From Rhabdothermincola salaria (GTDB lineage Bacteria > Actinomycetota > Acidimicrobiia > Acidimicrobiales > Acidimicrobilacustridaceae), in NCBI RefSeq assembly GCF_021246445.1, contig NZ_JAJQXW010000001.1:1754168-1818167 (forward strand): a stretch of 64,000 bases of DNA. The letters run 5' to 3'. This document shows, one piece after another, positions 29,357 through 38,768 of the stretch (within the stretch, counting starts at the first letter, position 1; each line of letters starts with the position of its first letter). Both the position numbers and the translations under genes were made by a program. The notes under the pieces were generated by a model. The model saw only the letters and a program-made list of their open reading frames with translations, ran no database searches and was not told the origin of the DNA.

Positions 29357-30172
29357 ATGGACGGCACCATCGCTCGTAGCCTCCGAGACGTGATCGATCG
29401 AGATGGGCTGGTGCTGCCCGAGCACCCCGACCGCCGGGTCACCTTCGCCGGCGCCTTCAACTTCCGTGACCTGGGCGGCTACCAGGGCCTCGACGGCCGT
29501 CCCGTGCGCTGGCGCACCCTGTACCGGGCCGACGCCCTCCACCGCCTCGAGGACGACGAGCTCGACGTGCTCGGCGGGCTCGGGGTGCGGGCCGTGCTCG
29601 ACCTGCGCACCCTCGGCGAGATCGACCGTGGTCGCCTCCAGGCCGACCACCTCGGCATCGTGCACCACCACCTCCCGGTGCTGAACGAGACCTGGGCACC
29701 CGCCGAGCTCGACGAGAACGCCGACGCCGCCGAGATCCTCGGTTCGCTCTACGTGCAGATGCTCGACGTCGGCGCCCCCGCCCTGGCCGGCGCCCTCGAG
29801 CTGCTGGCCGGCACCGACAACGTCCCGGCGGTGTTCCACTGCGCCGCCGGCAAGGACCGCACCGGCGTGCTGGCCGCCATCGTGCTGGCCCTGCTCGGCG
29901 TGGCCGACGAGCTCATCGTGGCCGACTACGCCCTCACCGCCGGGGCCATGGAGCGTCTCCGCGACCGGCTCCGCACCGACAACCCCGAAGGTCTCACGGC
30001 CATGAACGACCAGCCCGAGGCCTACCTGGCCGCTCCGGCCGGGGCCATGGAGCACTTCTTGTCCCACGTGCACTCGGCCCACGGTTCGATCGCCGGCTAC
30101 GTGCAGGAGATCGGCGTCGACGACGACGTCGTGGGCCGCCTCCGCGCCGGGCTGCTCGCCCCCTCGAGCTGA
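29357..30172 (+). CDS. tyrosine/dual-specificity phosphatase (PtpB-like)
   Basis: NFRDLGGY, VLDLR, active site FHCAAGKDRTG, ADYALT. Confidence 0.92.
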   Translation: MDGTIARSLRDVIDRDGLVLPEHPDRRVTFAGAFNFRDLGGYQGLDGRPVRWRTLYRADALHRLEDDELDVLGGLGVRAVLDLRTLGEIDRGRLQADHLGIVHHHLPVLNETWAPAELDENADAAEILGSLYVQMLDVGAPALAGALELLAGTDNVPAVFHCAAGKDRTGVLAAIVLALLGVADELIVADYALTAGAMERLRDRLRTDNPEGLTAMNDQPEAYLAAPAGAMEHFLSHVHSAHGSIAGYVQEIGVDDDVVGRLRAGLLAPSS

Positions 30173-30327
30173 CGAGTCGGGTGCTGGTGAGCCCCGACCC
30201 AGGCGGGCGGTGATAGCGAGGCTCCCTCTCGGGTAGGCGACGCGGACGCGCCGAATCGCTCCCGGGCGCCGTGCGGGCTGGCTCGGGGAGCGGTCGGCGG
30301 CTGACGACCGCTGATCGAAAGGGCTCC

Positions 30328-31737
30328 GTGTCCGCCACCTCCGCCGAGCAGACCCGAGACCACCGCGCCACCACGGCGCCCGACGCCGCCCTCCGACGGG
30401 AGGTGCGGCCGCTGCCCCACGGGCGGCGACGGCTCGGATGGTACGGACCGGCCCTGCTGTGGACCGTCTCCGCGGTGGGGTCGGGCTCGGTGCTGTTCAC
30501 CCCCCGGATCGCCGCCCGCTACGAGTACCAGCTGCTGTGGCTGGCCCTCGTCACGTGCGGGTTCATGTGGATCATGATCCGCGAGGCGGCCCGGTACACC
30601 ACCGCCACCGGACGGACCCTCCTCGATGGCTTCGACCGGCTGCCGGGCCCGCACGGCTGGGCCCTCTGGGTGATCTTCGTCCCCCAGCTCTTCGCCGCCG
30701 TGGTGGGGATCGCCGGGCTCTCGGCGCTCGTCGGCAGTGCCCTGCACGTGTCGTTCGACGTCTCACCCGTGCCGTTGACCGCTGCGGTCATCGTGGGCTC
30801 CACCGCCGTCGTCGGCATCGGGGAGTACGACCTGATCACCAAGCTCACCCGGGCCCTGGCCGTGGTGCTGGTCGTGTTGAGCCTGGTCGCCGCCACCCAG
30901 GTGGGATCGTCGCCGGCGGAGATCGCATCGGGTCTGGTGCCCCAGATCCCCGACGACTTCGACGTGGGCTTCGTGCTGCCCTGGGTGGGCACCATCCTGG
31001 CCGGCTCGATGGGCATCGTCTGGTTCTCGTACTGGACCGGCACCCACGGCTACGGCGGACCGACGGCCCTGTCGGCCGAGCACCACGAGGCGGCCGGTGC
31101 CGAGGACGACACCCCACCGGCCATCGACACCGAGCAGCGCGACTCACGCCTGCAGGCCTGGCTGAGGCTCGTGTCGCGTGCCGCCGGCCTGGCCGTGGTG
31201 ACCGGGGCGCTGGTCATCGGCTCGTTCAACGTGCTCGGGGCCGAGCTGCTCGCCCCGGAGGGCACGGTGCCGTCGGGGGTCGACGTCGCCGCCGACCTCG
31301 GCGGGCTCATGGAGGGCGTGTGGGGCCGGTCCGGCTTCTGGGCCCTCATCGCGCTGACCGTCTTCGCCCTGGGCGGCAGCGTGATGGCCAACCAGGACGG
31401 GTGGGGTCGCAGCTTCGCCGACATCACCATGCTGCTCACCCGACGGCGTGGCCGGCCTCACTGGCTCACCCGCCGACGGCTCCGCCGTCTCTACGTGGTG
31501 GCGGTCACCGGCCTGCTCCCGCTCGCGGTCTACCTGGTGGTGCAGGATCCGGTCACCATCATGAGCATGTCGGGGGTCGTGGCCGCGGTGCACACGCCGT
31601 TCATCGTCGGGCTCATCTTGTTGGTCAACTGGCGCCACCTGCCCCCGGTGGTGCGACCGGGCCTGCTGGCCACGGGCGCGCTGGCCCTGGCCGGATGCTT
31701 CTATCTGGCCCTCTCGGTGCTGCGCGTCGTCGCCTGA
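30328..31737 (+). CDS. NRAMP-like divalent metal transporter
   Basis: GPALLWTVSAVGSG, YEYQLLW, RYTTATGRTLLDG, about 11 TM segments. Confidence 0.75.
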   Translation: MSATSAEQTRDHRATTAPDAALRREVRPLPHGRRRLGWYGPALLWTVSAVGSGSVLFTPRIAARYEYQLLWLALVTCGFMWIMIREAARYTTATGRTLLDGFDRLPGPHGWALWVIFVPQLFAAVVGIAGLSALVGSALHVSFDVSPVPLTAAVIVGSTAVVGIGEYDLITKLTRALAVVLVVLSLVAATQVGSSPAEIASGLVPQIPDDFDVGFVLPWVGTILAGSMGIVWFSYWTGTHGYGGPTALSAEHHEAAGAEDDTPPAIDTEQRDSRLQAWLRLVSRAAGLAVVTGALVIGSFNVLGAELLAPEGTVPSGVDVAADLGGLMEGVWGRSGFWALIALTVFALGGSVMANQDGWGRSFADITMLLTRRRGRPHWLTRRRLRRLYVVAVTGLLPLAVYLVVQDPVTIMSMSGVVAAVHTPFIVGLILLVNWRHLPPVVRPGLLATGALALAGCFYLALSVLRVVA

Positions 31738-31800
31738 CCCTTCGGGGCTCGGACCGTGCCGGGCGCGTGGCCCCACCGGTCGCGGGCACCGCCCCGCGGG

Positions 31801-32253
31801 TCAGCGCCGGCGGCGACCCAACAGGGCGGCAACGAGGGCGGCGAGGACGGCGGCGACGGCGGCCACGATCAGCAGGCGGGTGCGACGGCCCCGCCCGGCG
31901 GCGGCCATCTCCGATTCGAGGATCGCTTCGGCGTCGGCCCCGGTGCGCGGCGTGGTGTCGACCATGATCTCCTCGCCGGCCGCGCTCACGAGCACCTCCT
32001 CGGCTTCCGGGCGCACCTCGACGGTGGCGTCGTCGGTGCGCACCACCACGTCGTCGCCGGCGGTGGTGATCTCCACGTCGGCGTCGAGGGTGTGCACCAC
32101 CAGCTCACCGCCCTCGGTGACCTCCACATCCATGCCCTCGGGCAGCGCCACCTCATCGGCGACCGCCTCGGCGTCGAGGATGGCGTCGACCGGCGCCGGT
32201 TCGTCGGACGCCGGCTCGGGACGGTGGTGGGAACGCTGGGGGTCGTAGGGCAT
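31801..32253 (-). CDS. acidic hypothetical protein with C-terminal membrane anchor
   Basis: 150 aa, D/E/V-rich beta-like repeats, hydrophobic tail followed by RRRR; 11 bp downstream of parA-like gene. Confidence 0.6.
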   Translation of the reverse strand: MPYDPQRSHHRPEPASDEPAPVDAILDAEAVADEVALPEGMDVEVTEGGELVVHTLDADVEITTAGDDVVVRTDDATVEVRPEAEEVLVSAAGEEIMVDTTPRTGADAEAILESEMAAAGRGRRTRLLIVAAVAAVLAALVAALLGRRRR

Positions 32254-32264
32254 CGGGGCTCCGA

Positions 32265-33185
32265 TCAGACGGCGGGGGTCGAGGGGGCGGACGAGCTCGG
32301 CCGGTCGCCGACCGCGTCGATCCTCGGGTCGGCCCCGGGCGCCTCGCCGTCACCTGACGGCTCCGGGGTCGAGGGCTCGTCAGCCGCGAGTGCCTCCGGC
32401 ACGGGTCGAGCCAACTCCGGGGCAATCGCGTCGAGGAGGACGTCGAACTCCTCGCTGGCCTCGGGCGCGCCAGGCCGATGGCCGAGACCGTGGATCGGCA
32501 ACGACTGGGCCGATGCTTCGGCCACCGCAGCACGCAGGCGCACCGGCTCGAGCACGTCGTCGCCGTAGTGCTCGCACAGCTGCCCGTGCCAGTACTTGGC
32601 GTCTCGGGTGCGGCCCAGGCGGTTGACGGCCACGCCGGCGATGCGGGGCACCCCGTCGCGCCGGGCGGCGATGCGGTCGATGGTGCGGCGGATCTGAGCC
32701 ACCCCGTCGGACGCCCAGGCCGCCGGCTCGGTGACGATGAGCGCCCGATCGGCGGCGAACAGCCCGTTGATCGTGAGCAGCCCGAGCGACGGCGGGCAGT
32801 CGATGACGACCAGGTCGTAGGGATGCCCCTCGAGGGCGAGCTGCAGGCGGTCCTGCGCACCGACCGGGTCGTTGGCCAGCTGAGGCTCGCGTGCCGCCAG
32901 CGCCGGCGTGGAGGCCACCACGTCGGGCACCACCCCATCGTCGGACACGGGCCATCCGGCGGGGACGACCAGCTGGGTCGCACCCCCTGGACGGTCGGCC
33001 TCGAGCGCCGCATCGACGGTGTGGGGCGGGTCCCAGACGCCCAGCCCCGTGGTGGCGTTGGCCTGAGGATCGAGGTCGACGACGAGGGTGCGCAGCCCCC
33101 GGTGCGCCGCCGCCGACGCCAACCCGAGCGCCACGGTGGTCTTGCCCACCCCACCCTTCTGGTTCACCACGGCGATGACCGGCAT
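32265..33185 (-). CDS. ParA/Soj family ATPase (orphan)
   Basis: [31 protein letters not shown] 33185 follows TAGCGT -10. Confidence 0.92.
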   Translation of the reverse strand: MPVIAVVNQKGGVGKTTVALGLASAAAHRGLRTLVVDLDPQANATTGLGVWDPPHTVDAALEADRPGGATQLVVPAGWPVSDDGVVPDVVASTPALAAREPQLANDPVGAQDRLQLALEGHPYDLVVIDCPPSLGLLTINGLFAADRALIVTEPAAWASDGVAQIRRTIDRIAARRDGVPRIAGVAVNRLGRTRDAKYWHGQLCEHYGDDVLEPVRLRAAVAEASAQSLPIHGLGHRPGAPEASEEFDVLLDAIAPELARPVPEALAADEPSTPEPSGDGEAPGADPRIDAVGDRPSSSAPSTPAV

Positions 33186-33364
33186 GGGCGACACGCTACT
33201 CCCGTGCCCTTCGCCGTTCGGCGAGGCTCGGTGCCGACGCGTGCCGCGCCTCGGACGCGAGATCGGCGCCGGCGGGACCCAACGCCCTCCACAGAGGTGC
33301 CGACGCCAGTCACGGTCGGCCCCGCCGCACCGCCCGTGCCGTGGAGCCGGACGGCCGTGCCGCC

Positions 33365-34012
33365 TCAGGACGAGCGTCGGGGATCCCGGCCGTTCCAGGC
33401 GACGAGGCGGTCGATGGCGGAGGCATCGTCAGGGACGGCGACGGCCTCGGCGAACGGGATGGCGACCTCGTCGAGCCCCAGCCCGGCCGAGATCTCCTCG
33501 ACGAGGGCTCGGCGGTTCTCCGCGGGCAGGATGGGGCGAGCCTCGAGCGCGGCGGTGAGGACCGAGTCGTCCCAGCGGGGCTGCTGGCCGGTGGCCGTGG
33601 CGAGGTCCCACGTGTGGACGGTCAGCTCGGAGAAGTAGGAGGTCAGGATCTCCGCGCCGCTGCCCTCGATCCAGGGCAGCGCCATGGGCCGATCGAGCAG
33701 GGCATCGTCGCGCCACGCGTCGGCGGCTCGCCTGCCCGCCCTCGTCCACGCGTCGGACCAGCCGTCGTCGGGCACGTCGGTCTCGGTCACGGCGAAGGGG
33801 TCTTCGCCGTGGCCGAGGGCGGCGATGCGGTCGAGGACCCCGACGACGTGGCGCAGCATCGCGCGCACGTCCATCTCCGGGCACGGTGTCGCAGCGGCGA
33901 GCTGTTCGGGCCGCACGCCGGCGATCACCACCCCACCGGTGGCGATGGCCCGATCGAGGATCGGCCGGGGGTCGGCGAGCTGCGGGGTGGTGGAGCTGTT
34001 CGATGTGGTCAT
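33365..34012 (-). CDS. TIGR03086-type metal-binding protein (mycothiol-dependent isomerase/DinB superfamily)
   Basis: [39 protein letters not shown]. Confidence 0.88.
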   Translation of the reverse strand: MTTSNSSTTPQLADPRPILDRAIATGGVVIAGVRPEQLAAATPCPEMDVRAMLRHVVGVLDRIAALGHGEDPFAVTETDVPDDGWSDAWTRAGRRAADAWRDDALLDRPMALPWIEGSGAEILTSYFSELTVHTWDLATATGQQPRWDDSVLTAALEARPILPAENRRALVEEISAGLGLDEVAIPFAEAVAVPDDASAIDRLVAWNGRDPRRSS

Positions 34013-34035
34013 GGCGCCATCGTGCAGGCCCCAAC

Positions 34036-34052
34036 CGGTCACGTCGTGACCG
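34036..34052. promoter_or_regulatory. perfect palindrome, candidate operator
   Basis: CGGTCACG-T-CGTGACCG about 24 bp upstream of the TIGR03086 start. Confidence 0.5.
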
Positions 34053-34058
34053 CTTTGT

Positions 34059-34327
34059 TCTTGCTTCGGTCGGCAAGCCTCCGTGACATCTTGCTCCGGT
34101 CGGCAAGCCTCCCTCCGCCGCCTTCGGCGAAGCGCGAACGCGTGCTCAGGCTCCGTCGCTGCGCTCCTCCGCCTGTCGGGGGCCCGCTGACGACCTCGAA
34201 CGCGAAGCTGTCGGCACTTCGCGACACCTGTCAGCGCACTTTTCCGACAGGTTCACGAAGGGGTGGGAAACGTCAGCACCAGCGCACGGACAGGTGGGCG
34301 ACGGGAGCGCCAGCGATCCGCCCCACC
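34059..34327. repeat. structured repeat cluster: partial R0 (34059-34082), R1 (34083-34177), S1 (34274-34327)
   Basis: R core ttgctccggtcggcaagcctccctccgccgccttcggcgaa...ggctccgtcgctgcgctcctccg recurs at 34991; S core cagcaccagcgcacgg.caggtgggcgacgggagcgccagcga recurs at 35089. Confidence 0.88.
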
Positions 34328-34340
34328 CCGAGGCAACCCG

Positions 34341-34376
34341 TTGCCGACGATCGAGCGTGCATGTATTCTGCATGCA
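34341..34376 (+). promoter_or_regulatory. housekeeping-type promoter with overlapping palindrome, leaderless vapB start
   Basis: TTGCCG (34341)-17 bp-TATTCT (34364), ATG 6 nt later; TGCATG-N7-CATGCA inverted repeat straddles the -10. Confidence 0.65.
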
Positions 34377-34606
34377 TGCCGAACGTGCAGGTCCGCGATG
34401 TTCCCGACGACGTCCACGCCGAGCTCGTGCGGCGAGCGGAGCTGGCAGGCCAGTCACTGCAACAGTTCCTGGCCGCGCAGCTCGGCGTGATCGCCGCCAC
34501 GCCGACGACCGAGGACATCCTCGACCGGATCGAGCGCCGGTCGAAGGGCTCGTTGTCTGCTGCGACCACGATCGACGTCCTCGACGAGGAACGTGCTCGT
34601 CGTTGA
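34376..34606 (+). CDS. vapB: FitA-like ribbon-helix-helix antitoxin
   Basis: MPNVQVRDVPDDVHAELVRRAELAGQSLQQFL, 76 aa, overlaps PIN gene. Confidence 0.88.
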   Translation: MPNVQVRDVPDDVHAELVRRAELAGQSLQQFLAAQLGVIAATPTTEDILDRIERRSKGSLSAATTIDVLDEERARR

Positions 34607-34982
34607 TGCGTCGATCCTCGCGCCGGCCGTGGCCGACGAGGGAAGCGACGGCCGACGGTTCCGCGAACGCCTACGCGGCGAGACCGTCATCGGCCCTGAC
34701 CTGCTCCGACTCGAGGTGGTCTCGGTCCTGCGACGACATGTCGCCAAGGGTTCCCTGACCCACGTTCAAGCCGATCGCGCGGTCGAGGACCTCCTGGCGT
34801 TCCCGATCACCGTGTTCCCCACAGCCCCGCTCCTGCCTCGGGTGTGGGAGCTCCGCCACAACGTGAGCGCCTACGACGGCTGCTACGTCGCGCTGGCCGA
34901 GGCGGTCGACCACCCCCTGCTGACCGCAGACCGGCGCCTCGCCGAGGCGCCCGGCCTCCGCTGCGCCGTCGAAGTGCCGTAG
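34593..34982 (+). CDS. vapC: PIN-domain toxin
   Basis: VVDAS, LEVVSVLRR, NVSAYDGCYVALAE, LLTADRRL. Confidence 0.92.
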   Translation: MLVVDASILAPAVADEGSDGRRFRERLRGETVIGPDLLRLEVVSVLRRHVAKGSLTHVQADRAVEDLLAFPITVFPTAPLLPRVWELRHNVSAYDGCYVALAEAVDHPLLTADRRLAEAPGLRCAVEVP

Positions 34983-34990
34983 CCCGCGCC

Positions 34991-35437
34991 GCGACACCTT
35001 GCTCCGGTCGGCAAGCCTCCCTCCGCCGCCTTCGGCGAAACACCGGACCGGGCTGAGGCTCCGTCGCTGGCGCTCCTCCGGCTGTCACCAGCACCAGCGC
35101 ACGGTCAGGTGGGCGACGGGAGCGCCAGCGACCCGCCCACACCGCGTCCCGACGAGCTCGCGAGGAGGGCGCCATGGACACGGTTCCGGTGGGTGGCCCG
35201 CACCACTGGTTCTGACGCGCGCACGGGAGCGAGTGCGGCTCGGCGGGCGCCGTGACACTCAGCTCGGGTCGGCAAGCCTCCCCTCGCCGCCTTCGGCGAA
35301 ACGCGAGAACTGTCCGAGCCTTCGTCGCTGCGCTCCTTCGGCTGTTGCGAGTCGGCTGAGGGTCTGGGGCTGGTGGCGGCGGGCAAGCGCAGCGTCGCCG
35401 CCACACCGCGTCCCGACGAGCTTGCGAGGAGGGCGCC
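34991..35437. repeat. structured repeat cluster: R2 (34991-35088), S2 (35089-35173), R3 (35252-35348), S3 (35372-35437)
   Basis: Direct copies of R1/S1; S2 and S3 share ccacaccgcgtcccgacgagct.gcgaggagggcgcc. Confidence 0.88.
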
Positions 35438-35481
35438 GACATCGCGGAATAGCAGCTGCCTCGACGGTGCTGAGCCACGAC

Positions 35482-35940
35482 ATGAGCGCCACCGTCGGCC
35501 AGCCCGCACCCGAGTTCACCCTGCCCGACCAGGACGGCTCCCCTGTGAGCCTGTCGGAGCTGCGAGGCGGGTGGGCCGTCGTCTACTTCTACCCGGCCGA
35601 CGACACCCCCGGCTGCACCGCCGAGTCGTGCTCGTTCCGCGACAGCCACGAGGACTTCGTCGACGCCGGGGCCCGTGTCGTGGGCATCAGCGGCGACTCG
35701 GTGTCGTCGCACCGGGCCTTCGCCGACAAGCACCAGCTGCCGTTCACCCTGCTGGCCGATGAGAGCGGTGAGGTCCGCAAGGCCTGGGGCGTGGGCAAGA
35801 CGCTGGGGCTGCTGCCGGGTCGGGTCACCTACGTGATCGACCCCGAGGGGGTCGTGCGTCACAAGTTCTCGTCGCAGTTCAAGCCCAAGAAGCACATCGA
35901 CGAGGCCCTCTCCGTCATCCGCGCCGGCACCTCGGCCTGA
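35482..35940 (+). CDS. bcp: peroxiredoxin, BCP/PrxQ type
   Basis: YFYPADDTPGCTAESCSFRD, GRVTYVID. Confidence 0.92.
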   Translation: MSATVGQPAPEFTLPDQDGSPVSLSELRGGWAVVYFYPADDTPGCTAESCSFRDSHEDFVDAGARVVGISGDSVSSHRAFADKHQLPFTLLADESGEVRKAWGVGKTLGLLPGRVTYVIDPEGVVRHKFSSQFKPKKHIDEALSVIRAGTSA

Positions 35941-36107
35941 CCCGACCGACCACCGCGCAGCTCACCGGAGCGGGATGCTGCCCGGGGGGCGGTCGGCGGT
36001 TGCGGGTCGGCCGGGGGGACGAGCGACGTGAGCGGTTGGTCGCCGACCCGGCCGGTGTGACACATCCACTGTTCTCGCAGCGACTGCGCACCACTAGGTT
36101 GCCGCCC

Positions 36108-38642
36108 ATGAAGGCTGTCCAGACGTTCACCGTCGTGTCCCAACTGCCCCCCGAGCTCGAACCCCTGCGGGCGGTGGCGATGAACCTGGGCTGGGCCGAC
36201 GACGAGCGGGCCCACGACCTCTTCCGGCGCCTCGACCGCGAGGCCTTCGAGCTCGAGGGCCGCGATCCCGCCGAGATCCTGGCCACCGAGAGCCAGGAGC
36301 AGCTCGACCGGCTGGCCGCCGACGCCTCGTTCACGTCGCTGGCCGGCGCCGTGCACGAGGAGCTGCGCCGCAGCCTCGACGAGCCCCGATGGTTCCAGGA
36401 CCGGGGTGCCTCCCCGTTGCAGGAGGTCGCCTACTTCTCCCCCGAGTTCGGCATCGCCGCCGCCCTCCCCCAGTACTCCGGCGGCCTCGGCGTGCTGGCC
36501 GGCGACCACCTCAAGGCGGCCAACGACCTCGGCCTGCCCCTCGTGGCCATCGGCCTGTTCTACCGCCACGGCTACTTCCGCCAGCAGCTCGACGTCACCG
36601 GCTGGCAGGTCGAGCGCTTCCCCCGCCTCGACCCCCGGGCCATGGCCCTCGAGGCGGTGCCCGACATCAAGGTGATGGTCGAGCTCGCCGGCGTGCCCGT
36701 CTACGCCCGGCTGTGGCGGGCCCGGGTCGGGCGCATCGAGCTGTACCTGCTCGACACCGACATCGACGACAACGACGAGGTCAACCGACTCACCTGCGAC
36801 CGCCTCTACGGCGGTGGGGTGGAGGAGCGCATCCGCCAGGAGATCGTGCTCGGGGTCGGTGGCATCCGGGCCCTCGAGGCCCTCGGACGCCGACCGCAGG
36901 TCTTCCACATGAACGAAGGCCACGCCGGCTTCCTCGCCCTCGAGCGCATCCGCTGCCTCATGACCGACCACGGGCTGTCGTTCAGCGAGGCCCGGGAGGC
37001 GTCGCGCCCGAGCGCCCTGTTCACCACCCACACCCCGGTGCCGGCCGGCATCGACCGCTTTCCCCGTGAGCTCATGGAGCGCTACTTCGCCGGGTGGTGC
37101 CGCGACCTCGGCCTCACCGTCGACGACCTCATGGCCATCGGCCACGAGCCCGGCACCCCCGACGGCGAGGTGTTCAACATGGCGGCCATGGGGTTGCGCA
37201 TGGCTGGTCGGGCCAACGGCGTGGCCCAGCTGCACGGCGACGTGTCCCGGCGCATGTTCAGCGGGCTGTGGCCGGAGATCCCGGTGGAGGACGTGCCCAT
37301 CACCGCCGTCACCAACGGGGTGCACGCCCCCACGTGGACGTCACCGGAGATGAGCGCGCTCTACCGCAAGGCCATCGGCCCGCACTGGCCCGAGGCCGAG
37401 CCCGAGCAGTGGCGGGCCATGGACGACGTCGCCGACCGCGACCTGTGGCGGGCCCGGGCCGACGCCAAGGAGCGCCTGGTCGGCTACGCCCGCCACAAGC
37501 TGCGCCAGGCCGCGCTCGACAAGGGCCGCACCCCGGCCCAGGTCACCTGGACCGACGAGGCGCTCGACCCGAACGCGCTCACCATCGGCTTCGCCCGACG
37601 CTTCGCCACCTACAAGCGGGCCACGTTGTTGTTCCGCGACCCCGAGCGCCTGCGCCGGCTCCTGCTCGACGCCGATCGCCCCGTGCAGTTCGTCTTCGCC
37701 GGCAAGGCCCATCCCGCCGACGAGCCCGGGCACCACCTGCTCCAGCAGGTGGCCGAGATGGCCTCCGAGATCGACATCCGCCACCGGCTGGTGTTCCTCG
37801 AGGACTACGACATCTCGGTCGGCCGCATGCTGGTGCAGGGCTGCGACGTGTGGCTCAACACCCCGCTGCGCCCCAACGAGGCCTGCGGCACCTCGGGCAT
37901 GAAGGTCGTGTTCAACGGTGGGCTCAACCTGTCGATCCTCGATGGCTGGTGGGACGAGATGTACACGCCGGAGGTGGGCTGGGCCATCCCGTCGGCCGAG
38001 ACCGCCCCCGACGTCGAGACCCGCAACGACCTCGAGTCGTCCAGCGTCTACGAGCTGCTCGAGCGCCAGGTGGTGCCCCTCTACTACCGGCGGGCCGACA
38101 ACGACATCCCCACCGAGTGGTTGGCCAAGGTCAAGCGGTCCGTCGTGCGCCTCGGCCCGCAGGTGGAGTCCACCCGGATGCTGCGCGAGTACGTCGAGCG
38201 GCTGTACGAACCCGCCGCCGAGCGGGCCGGGCAGATGATGGGCGACGGCTTCGAACGGGCCCGGGGGCTGGTGCGCTGGACCCGCCACCTCGAGCGGGCC
38301 TGGCCCGGGGTCTCGGTGCCGTCGACCACCTACCAGGAGCTCGGCGACGGCCCCGGCCGCTTCGCCGTCGAGGCCCAGGTGGCCCTCGGCGACCTCGAAC
38401 CCGACGACCTCACCGTCGAGCTGGTCCACGGTGCCATCGACCTCGACGAGGACATGCGCGATCCGCAGGTCGTGCCCATGGCCGTGGTGGGCGACGGCGA
38501 CCATCCGGGCTGGCGTCGCTACCGGGCCGAGGTCACCTTCCCCCGTTCGGGCACGTTCGGCTACACGGTGCGGGCCGTGCCGTCGCACCCCGACGTCGAC
38601 GACTACGCCCAGCTGGGCCGCGTCGCCATCGCCCAGACCTGA
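36108..38642 (+). CDS. glgP: alpha-glucan (glycogen) phosphorylase
   Basis: YFSPEFG, YSGGLGVLAGDHLK, HMNEGH, FARRFATYKR, PLP motif EACGTSGMK. Confidence 0.96.
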   Translation: MKAVQTFTVVSQLPPELEPLRAVAMNLGWADDERAHDLFRRLDREAFELEGRDPAEILATESQEQLDRLAADASFTSLAGAVHEELRRSLDEPRWFQDRGASPLQEVAYFSPEFGIAAALPQYSGGLGVLAGDHLKAANDLGLPLVAIGLFYRHGYFRQQLDVTGWQVERFPRLDPRAMALEAVPDIKVMVELAGVPVYARLWRARVGRIELYLLDTDIDDNDEVNRLTCDRLYGGGVEERIRQEIVLGVGGIRALEALGRRPQVFHMNEGHAGFLALERIRCLMTDHGLSFSEAREASRPSALFTTHTPVPAGIDRFPRELMERYFAGWCRDLGLTVDDLMAIGHEPGTPDGEVFNMAAMGLRMAGRANGVAQLHGDVSRRMFSGLWPEIPVEDVPITAVTNGVHAPTWTSPEMSALYRKAIGPHWPEAEPEQWRAMDDVADRDLWRARADAKERLVGYARHKLRQAALDKGRTPAQVTWTDEALDPNALTIGFARRFATYKRATLLFRDPERLRRLLLDADRPVQFVFAGKAHPADEPGHHLLQQVAEMASEIDIRHRLVFLEDYDISVGRMLVQGCDVWLNTPLRPNEACGTSGMKVVFNGGLNLSILDGWWDEMYTPEVGWAIPSAETAPDVETRNDLESSSVYELLERQVVPLYYRRADNDIPTEWLAKVKRSVVRLGPQVESTRMLREYVERLYEPAAERAGQMMGDGFERARGLVRWTRHLERAWPGVSVPSTTYQELGDGPGRFAVEAQVALGDLEPDDLTVELVHGAIDLDEDMRDPQVVPMAVVGDGDHPGWRRYRAEVTFPRSGTFGYTVRAVPSHPDVDDYAQLGRVAIAQT

Positions 38643-38694
38643 CCGAGCCAGCCCCGGCCCACTCCCACCTCCCCCGCCCCACCCCACACCCTTC

Positions 38695-38744
38695 GTTCTT
38701 GCATGGTTTCGTCGCTGCCCACCGCGCCGAACTCATGCAAGAAC
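38695..38744. repeat. 50-bp palindromic intergenic element, copy 1
   Basis: GTTCTTGCATG-N28-CATGCAAGAAC between convergent glgP and selD; sister copy at 60049-60098. Confidence 0.8.
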
Positions 38745-38768
38745 CCCGGTGTTGGGGGGGGGCTCGGG

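Noticed and set aside
30173..30327. Possible Mn/metal riboswitch before the NRAMP-like gene
   Set aside because: A CGCTCCC...GGGAGCG stem is present but I could not see yybP-ykoY or other consensus; needs an Infernal scan
34083..35437. Integron attC sites or IS ends
   Set aside because: No RYYYAAC...GTTRRRY boundaries, no integrase or transposase, no clear target duplication; kept as an unnamed repeat family
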